A DNA stretch of 64,000 nt. Origin: Raillietiella orientalis (Eukaryota). The stretch covers positions 310,001 to 374,000 of the forward strand of contig JAYWIR010000031.1 in NCBI GenBank assembly GCA_036172245.1. The letters run 5' to 3'. The notes beneath the pieces were generated by a model. The model was not told the DNA's origin, searched no databases, and was given only the letters and a program-made list of their open reading frames with translations. The translations under genes were made by a program, and so were the position numbers. Positions 41,028 to 53,026 of this stretch are shown here, piece after piece (position 1 is the stretch's first letter; every line of letters begins with the position of its first letter).

Positions 41028-41391
41028 CTCTTCAAGTTGGGACCCACCTAACGAATCCAAGAGTGGCTCGGGAGGAAGGAGTCCGTTGCTCTCGCGCTTG
41101 GGAGGGCACCCCGGAGGGAGCCCTCTATCCTCTCTGTCTCCGGAGGAAGGCTGGAGAAGGGGTCCTCCCACCCTCCTTGTTGGTGTTCTAAAGAGAACGC
41201 CGAAGGGGCGCTTCCCGATTTCCCTGAAGGGTCGCTCCCGGAAGGGAGCAGTGCACTTCTTGACGCTATGGAGAGGCGACCCCGCAAGTAGGGCATCAAC
41301 CAGTGGTATGCCTCCATTTTCGCAGCCGGAGGGGAACCCCGAAGGACTCCTTGATTCCTGGAAAAAACCCTGAGGGTCGACTTCCAATCCC
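41028..41391 (+). repeat. Dispersed GC-rich repeat, copy 1
   Basis: Shares GGAGGAAGGAGTCCGTT, CGCTTGGGAGG and TGAAGGGTCG..GAAGGGAGC with 63699-63987, and CCGGAGGGGAACCCC..CTTGATTCCTGGAA..ACTTCCAAT with the reverse complement of 45718-45921. Confidence 0.75.
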
Positions 41392-42903
41392 ATCTGGTCA
41401 ATGGGGGATCCGGTTTCCGGCTTGTAAGAGTGCAGCATTAAAAAGCAGACAAAGGACATCCATCAGATCGCCCTCTGGGGCAAAGGAAGGCCCGAGTTCG
41501 CCTCAAAGGCTAGTGTGCTACGCTCCGGGAAGGTGGCCCAGGCCTCCTCCTGACTCTGCAGCTGATGGAGCTAAAGCTCCAGCTTCAGACACTCGCCCTC
41601 GCGGCAAACCTTTGGAGTGCCACCTGGTTCCAGTCTGCACGTCTCATCGTTCAGCGAGCCACCGGAAATGAGCGGCTCGCGTCCTTCCTTGAGCACCGTC
41701 CATGCAGTCTCATCCACGGTGGACTGCACCTTCGGCAGGTGGCCACGCTGGCCAGGAAGAACGGATGGATCCCGTGCCGCCCCGCGAACGGTAGTGCCTG
41801 GCTGGGAAGAGTTCGCACGTAGAAGAGGATCCAGGAACGAAGCGCGGAACACTTGCGACGTTTCCTGTACGCGTGCACCAACTGCACGCTGAGCTGCACA
41901 ATTGAGCTGGAGATCCTGGAAGATGCCGTGGAGAGTGAGTGGGGAAGCAGAACCTCCCTCCCTGCCGTGCTGCCCTCCCTCAGAGACCGGCAGCAGCCTT
42001 ACGGCTAGCTGGGAGGTCACTGAGAAAATCTCCGGAAGGAGGAAAGGACTGGGCTAGTGAACGAAGGGCCAGCTCCCCGATGCTGCGACCCCGAGTGCTC
42101 GACCTCGTGAACTTTTGCGCTGGGTTGTGCTACTGGGTATTCTGGAGGAAGACCTGCAGTGATCTTCGGTGCTAATGAACACCCGCACTCTCCCCTTGAA
42201 GTGTCAGGAGTCAACATTGATCCTGCTGCACTGGGGCCTCCTGCGCAACGCCCGCTGGCATCATTGGACACGGGTGTGTGTGGATCCAAACGGTGCGGGG
42301 AGCGGGAATCCTTCTTACACATCCTAGAGGATTGTGTTGCCCTCTGGCCCTTTGGGGACGCTTTTCCGGGACTCTTGGAACCTCCGGAGGCAACGCCAGA
42401 TACATTTGAAAGCTCCTCTTCCTGCGCGACGTCCTCACGCCGGCAGCATCAATAGCAACACTCTGTTGCCCACGCGGCGGGATCGTGGCTGCATAGAGCA
42501 ACGCCAGAGGAGGCCGGAACGACAGGGACGCCATCTAATTTGCTGTCTTCTTCATGAGGACAGCTCCAAGATGGCCCCATTTGGAAGTCTTGAAACACTA
42601 ACTTGCCGGCATCCTTACAAGGATGCAGAGGACATCCTCCAGAACACGGTGATCCTCTCCGAAGCCTCATTCTTTGACTGCAGTTTTCGTTTTATGTTTT
42701 TCTTTCGTTTGTCTCCCCTTCCCCTCTTCTGCCGAAGAGAAGTCCGCTGGCCTGCATGCCAGTTCCCTTCAGGTTCCTTCTCGTAGTTATGAGTAGCGTG
42801 GCAGGATCAAACGTCCTGCCACAGACATGTGTGTGTATTTTATAAATAAATGCCCCGGAGTCACCGGGTATCACCCTGTGCCGCCGCACCCGAATGAGCC
42901 ATT

Positions 42904-43038
42904 CAGTATCATCCTGCGGAAAGGGAAGAAGGAACTCGAAACCTCTGTTCTCGGCGTCGACCCTCCTCCGGGTGGAATTCGAACCCACGATGCTCGGTGC
43001 CTCGCGCGGAGATCGCTTGCCAGCGGTTGCCAACGCGG
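42904..43038 (-). mobile_element. tRNA-derived SINE-like element, copy 1
   Basis: A-box-like TGGCAACCGCTGG and B-box GGTTCGAATTCC on the minus strand; alignable with 45539-45679 beyond the tRNA-like part. Confidence 0.65.
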
Positions 43039-43589
43039 ACTTGTCATCCTCTGAGCTTGATGGCGAGCTGCGAGATTCCTCCCCGTGTCGACCGGAGGTC
43101 AGATTTCCTATCGGCATTTCACCCTCAGAGATCCAGGTTGCCCGTGGTCGACTGGAGTCTCGCATCGCCATCACCGTCCCCGCTGACCCCTTATAACCTC
43201 TCTAAGGTGCTCAGAATCTCCAGTGATCGATCCAGAAGCAAATCCCTCAAAGTCGTCATATTGCTTTCCTCCCAAATACACCTTGGGGGGTACTCCAGCT
43301 GAATTTCCAGCCTTTGGATCTGGGGCGGTATCGATGGCTTGAAGCAGCCGTCGACGGCGACTCGGGGAGACCACGGCATCCTCTCTCCCCGTCGGAGCAA
43401 AGACGCTCTCTGTCTGCCCCGTCAGGAGAGCTCTTGACGTGGTTTTCTTACGTCGGAGTTGGCAAAGACCCTACTCACCAACACCAGACCAGGGAGGTGG
43501 AAGGTTTTGACCGTGACACCCATTTTCTGCCACGAGGGGGGCGCAACCCAAGATAGGCCAGCTGCTTCCATCAGCAACCGATGCTTGGG

Positions 43590-44540
43590 TGGGTCTCTAG
43601 GGAGCGCTCTCGGACCAACCAGCTTTCACAGATACTCAAAGACGTGGCAGGCGTGAAGATAATGAAAGGCTCTTTGTTATCTGAAAAACGTGGCTGTTTG
43701 TAAGGCGTCTGGCTACGCTGACGCGAAGAGCAAGGGCGAACACACACATGCCGGGATTGGTGGATTCCTAGCCCAGCCTCGGAGCCTCGAACGTCTCGCG
43801 ATTCCTGTTCAGATTCCGCGAAAAAGACCAGCGCATCTGCGTGAGCCAGAACGCAGTCTTCTCCATGAAACTTCATGCGCCCGGGGCGGAGGAAGGACAG
43901 GCTTCTCATCCGGGGGTAAAGAGCGCTAGAATTCACAGGGCATCCCTCGCGGCTCCTCTCCGAATCGGCACGTCTCTTGAAGATCGAGGATCCCGCTCGA
44001 TTTCCGTGCGTGCTCCGGAACAGCGTCCCGAATTGTAGGCTCCTCTCCCTCTCGTGGCACCCTGCAGAAAGAAGTTCATCGAGGACCTGACCCGAAGGCA
44101 CCGCCCAAGTCAATGAAAACAAAGCTTCCAGTTCCCTCTTAGTCTCATCCGATCTGCTCCAGAGGAAGGAGTTCGGTTCGAGTACCCCAACGATGTGAGG
44201 AGGAAGAGGAATAATTTCCTTATACACGAACCATTCTCCAAACCTGAGGGAAGCGCGTTTCTCATAGAATCCGTACGTGCAGCCTCCAATCGATATCGGC
44301 CTCCATCTGAATACATCCAGCTGCTGGGGGAATCAAGATTTTTTCGAATGTTTTCATCCTTCATGCATCTTCTTCATTCCCGAGCAGTATCCAAGATGGA
44401 TCTTGGCAGTTCCCTCGTCAGGATACACAGATTTCCTCCTGCTTGTGCGACATCATCATATTCAGAGGAAGGGCGTTCCGTCTGGCTTAGGAATTCTTGC
44501 AGCATCCCCCAGTCCAACCGGCGGAGGGTTGGTGAATTTA
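43590..44540 (+). mobile_element. Highly degraded non-LTR retrotransposon reverse transcriptase region, possibly CRE-like
   Basis: Motif remnants in the expected order across shifting frames: GSALGPT, EKDQRICVSQNAV, LLKIE, RPEL, IGLHLNTSSC, AASPSPTGGGL. No intact YxDD seen. Confidence 0.35.
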
Positions 44541-44879
44541 TTTAACGAAAATACCGTACAGTTCCATCATTCTCGGCATCTCACACGCATTCATTCATCT
44601 CACTGTTTTGTTCGGTGTTGTCCAGATGACGCCACATTCGGTTTGTTTTTTTTCGGATAGGGTCACTGGGGATAGGGACTCTGCTTAGCCAGGCTCAAAG
44701 CATGGGACCGCTTGGGCAGAGTCCCATCTTCTTCGATATGTGACGGCACATCCAGACGAGTTTCCTGCCGCAGTTCTGGATCCCTATCTCCCTCTTGATG
44801 GCTCCTTGGACCGCAGTTTTCAACTCCTCACTTTCCCCCTCGAATCGTTCAGCCACTTCTGGAGCTGTAGGAAGGAAGA

Positions 44880-45467
44880 CATGGTGGTCACTGAGCGGGA
44901 CTGTAAGGTGGATGATCAAAAAGCTTCCATCAGAATTTCTGAATTATCTAGAATGTGCGGACAGCAGTGCGTGAGACCAAAAGGGATGTGTGCTTCTGGT
45001 GGACTTTATGGAGACTGGAACAACCACTTCGCAAGTCTGCTGTGAAACACTTTCAAAGCTGCGGCGTGCCATTCAGAACCGACGACGTGAAATGCTAAGA
45101 TCAGGAATTTTTCTTCTCCTTCATGACAATGCGCGCCTTGGCAACACATGCTGTCCGCACATTCCAGACAATCAGAAACTCAAATGGGAACTTTTTGATC
45201 ACCCAGCCCTGATCTCGCGCCCACTGAGTATTACGTCTTACTGCACCTCAAGAAGTGGCTGAACTCCCATGCGGCGAGATTTCAAGCAGAGGGTTTAAAA
45301 AAGCTTCTTCCACAACATTCAAAGTGTTCTGGAAAAAAGTGGTGACTACGTAGAAAAATGGCATGGGGTGTATGTATGTGTTTGGAACCACTGATACATA
45401 TTTTCGTTTCTCTTATTTGTTCTTCCTTTATATCCGATCGGCCCTTACTTCTCCAATGCGCCTTGTA
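44880..45467 (+). mobile_element. Truncated, degenerate mariner transposon (3' part of transposase and right end)
   Basis: VLLVDFMETGTT..CETLSKLRRAIQNRRREMLRSGIFLLLHDNAR, KWELFDHP, LKKW, EGLKKLLPQHSKC, GDYVEK, then a TIR-like end CTTACTTCTCCAATGCGCCTTG followed by TA. Confidence 0.88.
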
Positions 45468-45538
45468 AGTTGTTGCAATGAAGGCCGGAATACGACACCG
45501 AGTTTTGTGGGTCCGGCCCAGGAATGCAGGAGCCCTGC

Positions 45539-45679
45539 CCGCGTTGGCAGCCGCGTGGCTGCTGGTCTCCGCGCGGGGCACCAAGAGTTGCGGGTTCGAA
45601 TCCCTACGAGGAGGATCGATGCCGAGAAATTGAGGGTCGAGTCCTCTCCACTTCCCTCCTTCCCCGCAGGATGGCGCTG
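45539..45679 (+). mobile_element. tRNA-derived SINE-like element, copy 2
   Basis: A-box-like TGGCAGCCGCGTGG and B-box GGTTCGAATCC (45593-45603); homologous to 42904-43038 in inverted orientation. Confidence 0.65.
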
Positions 45680-45717
45680 GTTGGCCAATGGGCTTCGTAT
45701 GCTCCCGCTTACCGCCC

Positions 45718-45921
45718 GGGATATTGGAAGTTCACCCTCCGGGATTCCTTCCAGGAATCAAGCAGCCGGTTCCCTTAGGGGTTCCCCTCCGGTTTAGTGA
45801 AAAGGGAGTTATCCCCTCCCTTCGTAGGGGGACCCTCCGTGACGTTCGGTGGGGCTGTTTGATTGATACCTCTCCAGGGTGTGAAGGAGTGCGCCGCTTC
45901 CTTCGGGGGGCGGCCCTTCAG
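45718..45921 (-). repeat. Dispersed GC-rich repeat, copy 2 (inverted)
   Basis: Reverse complement aligns with about 41224-41391. Confidence 0.7.
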
Positions 45922-48900
45922 ACGACTCTCATCGCCTTTTCGCGGTTGGATCATCCTTTGAATTCCGAAGACGTTCGTTGGAGCCCGTTACTACGGGACA
46001 CCTCCCGAAATGACTCCACGTCGAGAACACTTCGTAGCTTCGCCTTCAGTGGGGGCGTAGCACGGATGTGACTCAGCACAGGCGTTCAACAATCTCCTGG
46101 GGAAATGACCTCCTCGTCCGATCCCACTACATTGGTGAAAGTCCAAGTGGCATGCTGCTAGCGAGCAGCTTACAGTCAGAGAACCGCGCGAGGAGATGAA
46201 AGGAATAAAAACAATAAACAAATACTCAAACAACAGCAAGAGCTTCAGGAAACTTGAGGGACGAATCACAGTGACCTCCTTGTTGTCCTCCGTGTCCTTT
46301 CCGGAATGCTGGAAGGCTCTTTCTTGTGACACCCCGGGTGCAGTTATCGCAGCATGAGATCCTGAGAAAAATAGGTGATGGAAGTGACGTCTCTGATCCT
46401 CTATGGCCCTTTGTCTCTGGGGTTTCCAGCCTCCATGACTCGACGGACTCTCCGTTCTCTTTCCATGATCCCCACAGTTGACTCAGTTCCTCCGGCAAGT
46501 CCAGCTTGGGCATCCCCCCCTCCTTATTTTCGGGAAAACGGTTCCACCAGGAGATTGTGGTCCAGCAGGTGCACAGCTGGACACGTCCCCTACGTCCAAA
46601 ATTTTCCGACCTCCGTCTGGTCTTCCTGGGAAGGCGCGAAATGTGCCCTCACTGGCGCTTTCTTCCTGAGGTTTTGCTCGTTTCCAGGATCTTGTATAAA
46701 AAAAAAAAAAAAAGCCACTTTTCAATCTGCTGCCGATCCAGTGGATGTTGTCCGGGATCTACCAGATCGATGACGTGGCAAAACTCGAGATTCTCCTGCC
46801 GTCCCAGGTGCCTCTGACTTTGCTTCCGGTTTTCCTTCTCTGAGAACACTGAGGACTACATGCCCGATCTCGGCTAGGAAATCGCTCGCGCTACTCCCGG
46901 AAGAACTCGAAAAACCGTTCTTCCCGCTTCCTTCAGCCCTGATCTTTTTTACTCCCCTAACAGCAAATCAGATTTACCAACGCCTGGTTATTGTAGACGC
47001 CACTTCTCATTCCTCTCTCGAACGTAAGCCCCGTCCAGCCTCCGAATTTCCTCTGGATTTAATGGATTTCGGTCTCAGACAGGAGAGGCGTATCTTCTCT
47101 CGGTTACTATAGAAACACACGTGCTCATCTGTCCACTGCCCTTATCGGGACTGAGATGCGTGCTGTTTTTATGTGCTTTTAAGGCCAGCAACCTGACTCT
47201 TTGAGATCCACGCATTTTGAGGTGAAATGGTGGCAGGGCCGCAGGAGGACAGTCCAAGGAAGAGGACGGCAGACGGAAAAAGTCGGATGGTCATGCTGGA
47301 GATCCTTCCTCTGCATGGACACCGTTTCTCGAGTGCACGTTTCAGAATTCCCCTTCTCACTGAACGCCGTTCTTGTTCTTTGAAAGTTGGCTCTCTTCTT
47401 CTCGCAGGGAGTCTTCAGACCATCGGTCTGAAGACTGCGGTCGTAGACAGCGCTGCCTCCTTGGTTCCAGTCCTCGAGCACTTCTCATGAACCTCGATGC
47501 CAATCCGCCTTCGGTTCTTTTCCCTCTTTCGTTCTTCTTAGGCGCTGAACAGTGGCGTCGAACGGCGGACCCGTAGCCAACGCCACCGAGCTCTGCCTTG
47601 TGCTCACCCTTTACGCTCAGTGCAAGGGGGCAGAAGACACTGTCTGCAAGTGTGGACGACACGGGCTCGAGAAGACAGTCCTTCAGGGGAACTGCAACCG
47701 CCCGATGTCTCCATGGAGGTGCGCCTGTCTCAGGCAGCAGGGGAGCCGACTGCTAAGGTAAAAGCGCACTCCCCGACAGCGAGGCAGCAGCGGAAGTTTC
47801 AGAGGCACCGGCCACCATCGGTTGTGGTGGGGGGAGTAAGCCCTCCATCTTTAAGGGTGGACTTCTTTCTCTAGGAGAGCCTGACCGAGCTCGAAGCAAT
47901 GAACAACGAGCACCGGAGTTTTCAAGAAGCGTCCCAGGTTCCCCTGGATGCATCTCGGCATGCAAACGAGAGGTACCCTGCTGCTCTACGTGCGAGGACG
48001 TCCTACTCCCGCACTTGGAGGACGAAACTGCTCATCAGTCGACCACGAGAACCCTCTGGAGGGAGGACTTGCCAGCCACTGGCCGAACCGTTCCCTCCGA
48101 AGCACAGTGTGAGCTACTTGGGGCGCGCCAGCCTATCCCGGCAACGCTCGGCTGCGACCAGCAGGAGCTTTCGAGCGCCACTGGCAGTATTCCTTCCATG
48201 GAAGATTCCATAAGTGGCTCGCCGTGTGCCACGTGCCGCGACCGAGTGCTGCAGTCGTAATCCTTTCATTATTTTACAGTGATTCCAAAAACAGAACGGG
48301 TATCATTCGGCCGCATGCTTCTGCACCCGGCCTGCAAATACCAGGGTACACCAGAAAACAACACTATTTCTGGAATTGTGCACATTGCATGTAGAAGAAT
48401 AAATTACAGAGTAGAAAAGACCCGGAAGGTCTTTTCCACATATCTGGTGTTTACATGTGGTATATGAAAAAAAAAAAAAAAAAAAAAACATACAATGATG
48501 TGTATCGGGAATAAATAACACCATAACTTATCCTTGCCAGTATTTCTGGTGTGCCGAAACCACCTGAGTGAATGGGCACACGAAATATGCAAACCTGATG
48601 CAAAAACACACACGACCTACATGCAAATCAACGACCCGAGCTTACAATATAAATACCAGACGATTCGTTTTTCATAATGTCCCCTCTTTTCTGAACCTTC
48701 GTTTACGGGTGTTGCTTTTTCACGGTACTTTTGCCGAGCAAGCGATTTTCGTCACGGCCACTCGATCACAGGGCGACTCGCAAATGGTAATACTGAAAGG
48801 TGGGGTGCCGCTGCTGCCTTGGCGTAAGAGGTCGTTAAAACGGTCAGACTTCGCCAACGTATCTCTGTACTTAGGCGCCTCTGAAAGTACGCAATTGGAA

Positions 48901-49064
48901 TCGGATTCCATTTTCTGCGGACTGACGTCTTCAAGGCGGCTTAAAAGGACGTGCGATCAGCAGATTTGAAAGTTTCTCTGTAACATCCAATTCGTTTTGA
49001 AAAATAAAAACAAGCACGACAAATGGTCAAGTTCGCAGCAAAAATAACGGTGTAACCCGGAACG

Positions 49065-49251
49065 TTTCCCCAAAATTAGGCAAACATGACCATACAGAGA
49101 ACAATATGAACTTAAATGCTGCAATTCTATATATTCTTCACGATACATTTCAATATGAAAAAATCTATTCGTTTTTCCAAATAAATGCATTTCAACAGTT
49201 GCTGTCAAAAAGTTGTGCTCTACTCTTAAAAGTGCCAATCAGTTTCGATTG
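49065..49251 (+). repeat. 187-bp segment duplicated at 51023-51209 (presumed donor)
   Basis: Identical to 51023-51209 except one base (CATGACC vs CATAACC). Confidence 0.92.
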
Positions 49252-49454
49252 CGTACTCTTCTTATTCTTCCATCCTCAAGTTAGGTAGCATCACACACTG
49301 GCAAATGGCTAATCATTCCTTGGGGCATTTATTGAACATTTTACTGTGTTGTGTTCTCGCGATGCAAATACTGCAAGTTCTTTTGTAGAGGGCTTGGATA
49401 AATGCCACTACATGAAAAATATGATATTAAAATGAACTGGTTCAGCATTTTACA

Positions 49455-51591
49455 TCAAAGTAGAAATTCCTGTATTTCTTGCTTCATTTGTTGCTGTTGA
49501 TACCAGTACCTAGCATGTATGTCAACAGGAGGCAGCAAGACTAACACCTGTTAGGTGAAATGTTAACAATAGTGCATGCCCAAAAGAACATACCTGCACA
49601 CCAAATAAGTTCTGGCAAATATCACACAACTGACTACATGCAATATACGCATTTTCTTTTCTGCATAGACATTTGAACGTGGGACAGTCATCTTCTCGTA
49701 TAGATGTGCTTCTATTTTCCTTCACCTCTAACTGCAAGCAAGTTAACACACTACAAAAAAAATCAACTCGTATGATTTACCTGACAGATAATACACTTTT
49801 GTTGTAAATTGACACCAGTTTGGAGTAACTTATTTACAGTTCCACAGACTGTAGAGGAAACTGTTGGAAAAAAAGATGCCAACTCACAGATGAAATCTAC
49901 AGTTAATCTTTGTACAGTTCCCTCCTGAGTCACCACAAAGTACTTTGCTTAAAAAACACGGAAGAATACTCAAATTCTTACAGGTGGCACTGGATGGTTT
50001 GGCTGCCAATTCCAGAGTGAAGCATATGCAAACAATTCTTCCTTGCTGATGTCACATAGAGGATTGAGCAACACAATGGGACTATAGCGTGTATCCATAA
50101 ATGCCTACACAATTACATTGATTGCAATAATAACAGTTCGCTTACACAATCATATGTGCTTTGTGATCCTCGACCCAGAATCAAATTTGAAAGAAACAAA
50201 GATGCCAAGTCATCCTGAGTATTGGAAAGAAAAACATAGTCACAATGAAGATAGCTTGCAACAGTAACCAGCATATTTCTTCTGAACAGCTCAAGTAATA
50301 TTTCAATTTTACTGCAATATTTGTCACCTAAGATGCATCAGAAGATCATGCCTTGCTGAGGGATCTGCCACACTATCCAAAAGTTTTGCAACCTTTTCTG
50401 TGTTTTTGAGCTGGTTATAAAAGGCAGCTTCATCAATACTTTTGTCATCCCATCTAATTATCAACTGAGATAAATCAAAATATTTTTCCAAAAATGTCAC
50501 AAAACATTCCACAGATAATCCCAAGGGCGTTTTTAAGACTTCTTTGACTGATAAAAGTCTTTGCTCCTCAGAATCTTTAGTGCACCCATTGAACACTGGT
50601 TCTAAAAATATTGTAAGTGGGCAATGTGGTTCAATCAAGCAATCACTTTCTTACCAGAAATATGTAATACCACAATGTTAAACATAAAACGTTTTTGCGA
50701 AAGCTCGGCAATTTCATCTTTTAAAAGATGAAGAAGCACTGCAGAACTTAAACTTCCTGAGTATGCAATGAGTACTTTTTTGTTATAACTACATAATTTT
50801 GACTTTCCAATAGTGGCACGAAACTTATGCACAAAATACGATTCGTAGCAACCTCTGAAAATATACTAAAAATTATTCTTCAAAGTCTTTGGTAGTTATA
50901 AAAGCATAAAATCCTGATTTAAGACATTAGACACGTTTCATATAATTGTTATTTGTGAAAGTCTCATTCATACTTCCAAAACATATTACCAAAGGACTAT
51001 CTGTAATAACATTTTGAGAAGCTTTCCCCAAAATTAGGCAAACATAACCATACAGAGAACAATATGAACTTAAATGCTGCAATTCTATATATTCTTCACG
51101 ATACATTTCAATATGAAAAAATCTATTCGTTTTTCCAAATAAATGCATTTCAACAGTTGCTGTCAAAAAGTTGTGCTCTACTCTTAAAAGTGCCAATCAG
51201 TTTCGATTGTAATAACATTTTGAGAAGCTTTGAAAGCTTCGGGGCTTATAATAGATGCAAACAGGACTTTCGTAAAATCGTTCTGTTGCTTGAAATAGAA
51301 AATGAAATACTCATGTACTGCAACATGAGTTCTACGCATTACTTCTGGATCACATGTTCTATTACATATGGCACTCACCTACATAAGCACCGTGATGTTT
51401 TCGGGTTCATAAAGCATTGCGTATCCTCCTTATGGCATTTTTTACAGGTTCCCGAAATAAACTTTCTAAAATGAAAATGAATGAAAAAAAAATTAATAAA
51501 CATTCCAAATGGCATACCCATTGTTTTCCGATTTGCTCTCTAGTGAGCTGTCCTGACAACTGTACATGCCATCACCATTCATTCTTGCCAT
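49455..51591 (-). CDS. CTU2: Cytoplasmic tRNA 2-thiolation protein 2, about 428 aa, 9 exons
   Basis: Exons 51518-51591, 51379-51465, 50655-50854, 50328-50601, 50146-50281, 49982-50104, 49781-49942 (acceptor uncertain), 49594-49731, 49455-49547 (1287 nt). Motifs CKKC..CRGCYESYFVHKFRATIGK, VLIAYSGSLSS, LILGRG, TVQRLTVDFICELASFFPTVSSTV, CIIC, LCDIC. Confidence 0.88.
51002..51231 (+). repeat. Inserted copy of 49065-49251 in CTU2 intron 2, flanked by a 24-bp direct repeat
   Basis: TGTAATAACATTTTGAGAAGCTTT at 51002-51025 and 51208-51231 brackets the 187-bp copy. Confidence 0.9.
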
Positions 51592-52966
51592 GGATATTAC
51601 TTCATATTTACTAATTCATCCAGTGAACATGTTCCAGGTAGTGCTCTTAAACTCATTAACAAAATCCAACCCACGGTTTTGTCATGCACACAGCCAAACA
51701 ACGCACCTGGTTACTCTCCATGCTGAAGTCAGTGTTCCCAAAGCTTCGTTCTTTCCGATGGTGTGCATCGTCCTTCTTGTCAGTATACTTCCAAATCGAA
51801 ATTACTGCAATGTGCAATAGCTGGTTTCTCACGTATTTCAAGAACACATTACGGGCATTTTGTTTAGGAGATCATTCAAACACTCTTTCAAGTAACTATA
51901 AATCAAGTATTCTCGAAACAAGAATTCACAAGAACTTATAATTTGTAAAGATGAACTCCGGAACTTACATTTAAAAAGATCGAAACCCTTCATGCTTAAA
52001 CAGCCGATGGTAACAAGAACAAACATGCACTCATCACAAAGTAAAAAGTACACAAAAGGAATGCCAAAAATGTAGAATTAAGCTCATTTCTCAGAAAGTA
52101 CTTCATATGATCCAGGCTTCAAGGCTGGAGGGAAACTTCGAATACATGAAGCTAAAAAAAAAAAGAAAAAGAAAACTTTTGCCGTTTCTTATTCAATCTC
52201 TCGTTTTCCTTCTTTTCCTCCCATTTCCTACCAAGAAGAAAGTGCTTACTTTCAAGGGGGGAAAAGACATCCTTAACGAAAAACCATACCAAACCATCGC
52301 TAAAGTGGGCATGAATTTCATCTTGGAATTTTCAGAGAGAACTGCCTTTCGTGGCGACCAACAAAGGTTCATTTCGTTTTCCATAAATAAGAAATTGATA
52401 CAAAACACTACTAATTAAACTGATTTCGGCTCCAATCAGCTCTTTAGGATGAAACGCACTATCTGTTATGCTAACTGTTCTGTTGCACTAACTGATTTCC
52501 AACATATAAATCATGAACTTGCATTCTTACCGAACTCGTACTGTAAATTGAAAGCTTGGTAAAGCACGGTCTGTTTCCTTTCCATGTGAACCCTTTCTGA
52601 GGACGCATCTGAAGTGTTCCACACAAGAAGCATTTACATTCCTCGTAGGATGTTCTTACTAGAAAATATATGTTGGATGAAGGCGGACTTGAGTTTTTCT
52701 CTTTTAACGAGAAAAAAAAAAAATTGGTTCCTTCTCAGTGAGACTTACTTCAAGTAAGAATACGGAAACAGGCATGCTTGGATATCTTCGTTTAATTGCC
52801 ACCTGCAAGAAAAAGGGACGATGAAAACCTTAAGCTTCTCGTCCCGTTGTCTCGCACAAATAAATATCCCGATATGTCCTGAATTAGGATATCTCTGGTT
52901 TTATCCACATGGCAATCTTGTTGAGCGAGAAGAAATTTTACAAGAGACTGTTGCTTTCCTTCCATT

Positions 52967-53026
52967 TGTTCGAGCTGCACGAATTGCTTGGAGCCACAGC
53001 TCCAAGCAATTCGTGCAGCTCGAACA
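52967..53026. repeat. Perfect 28-bp inverted repeat with 4-nt loop
   Basis: TGTTCGAGCTGCACGAATTGCTTGGAGC-caca-GCTCCAAGCAATTCGTGCAGCTCGAACA. Confidence 0.95.

Noticed and set aside
45539..45610. Possible tRNA gene
   Set aside because: The B-box is present but there is no convincing cloverleaf, and homology to the second copy extends past the tRNA part, so it was called a SINE.
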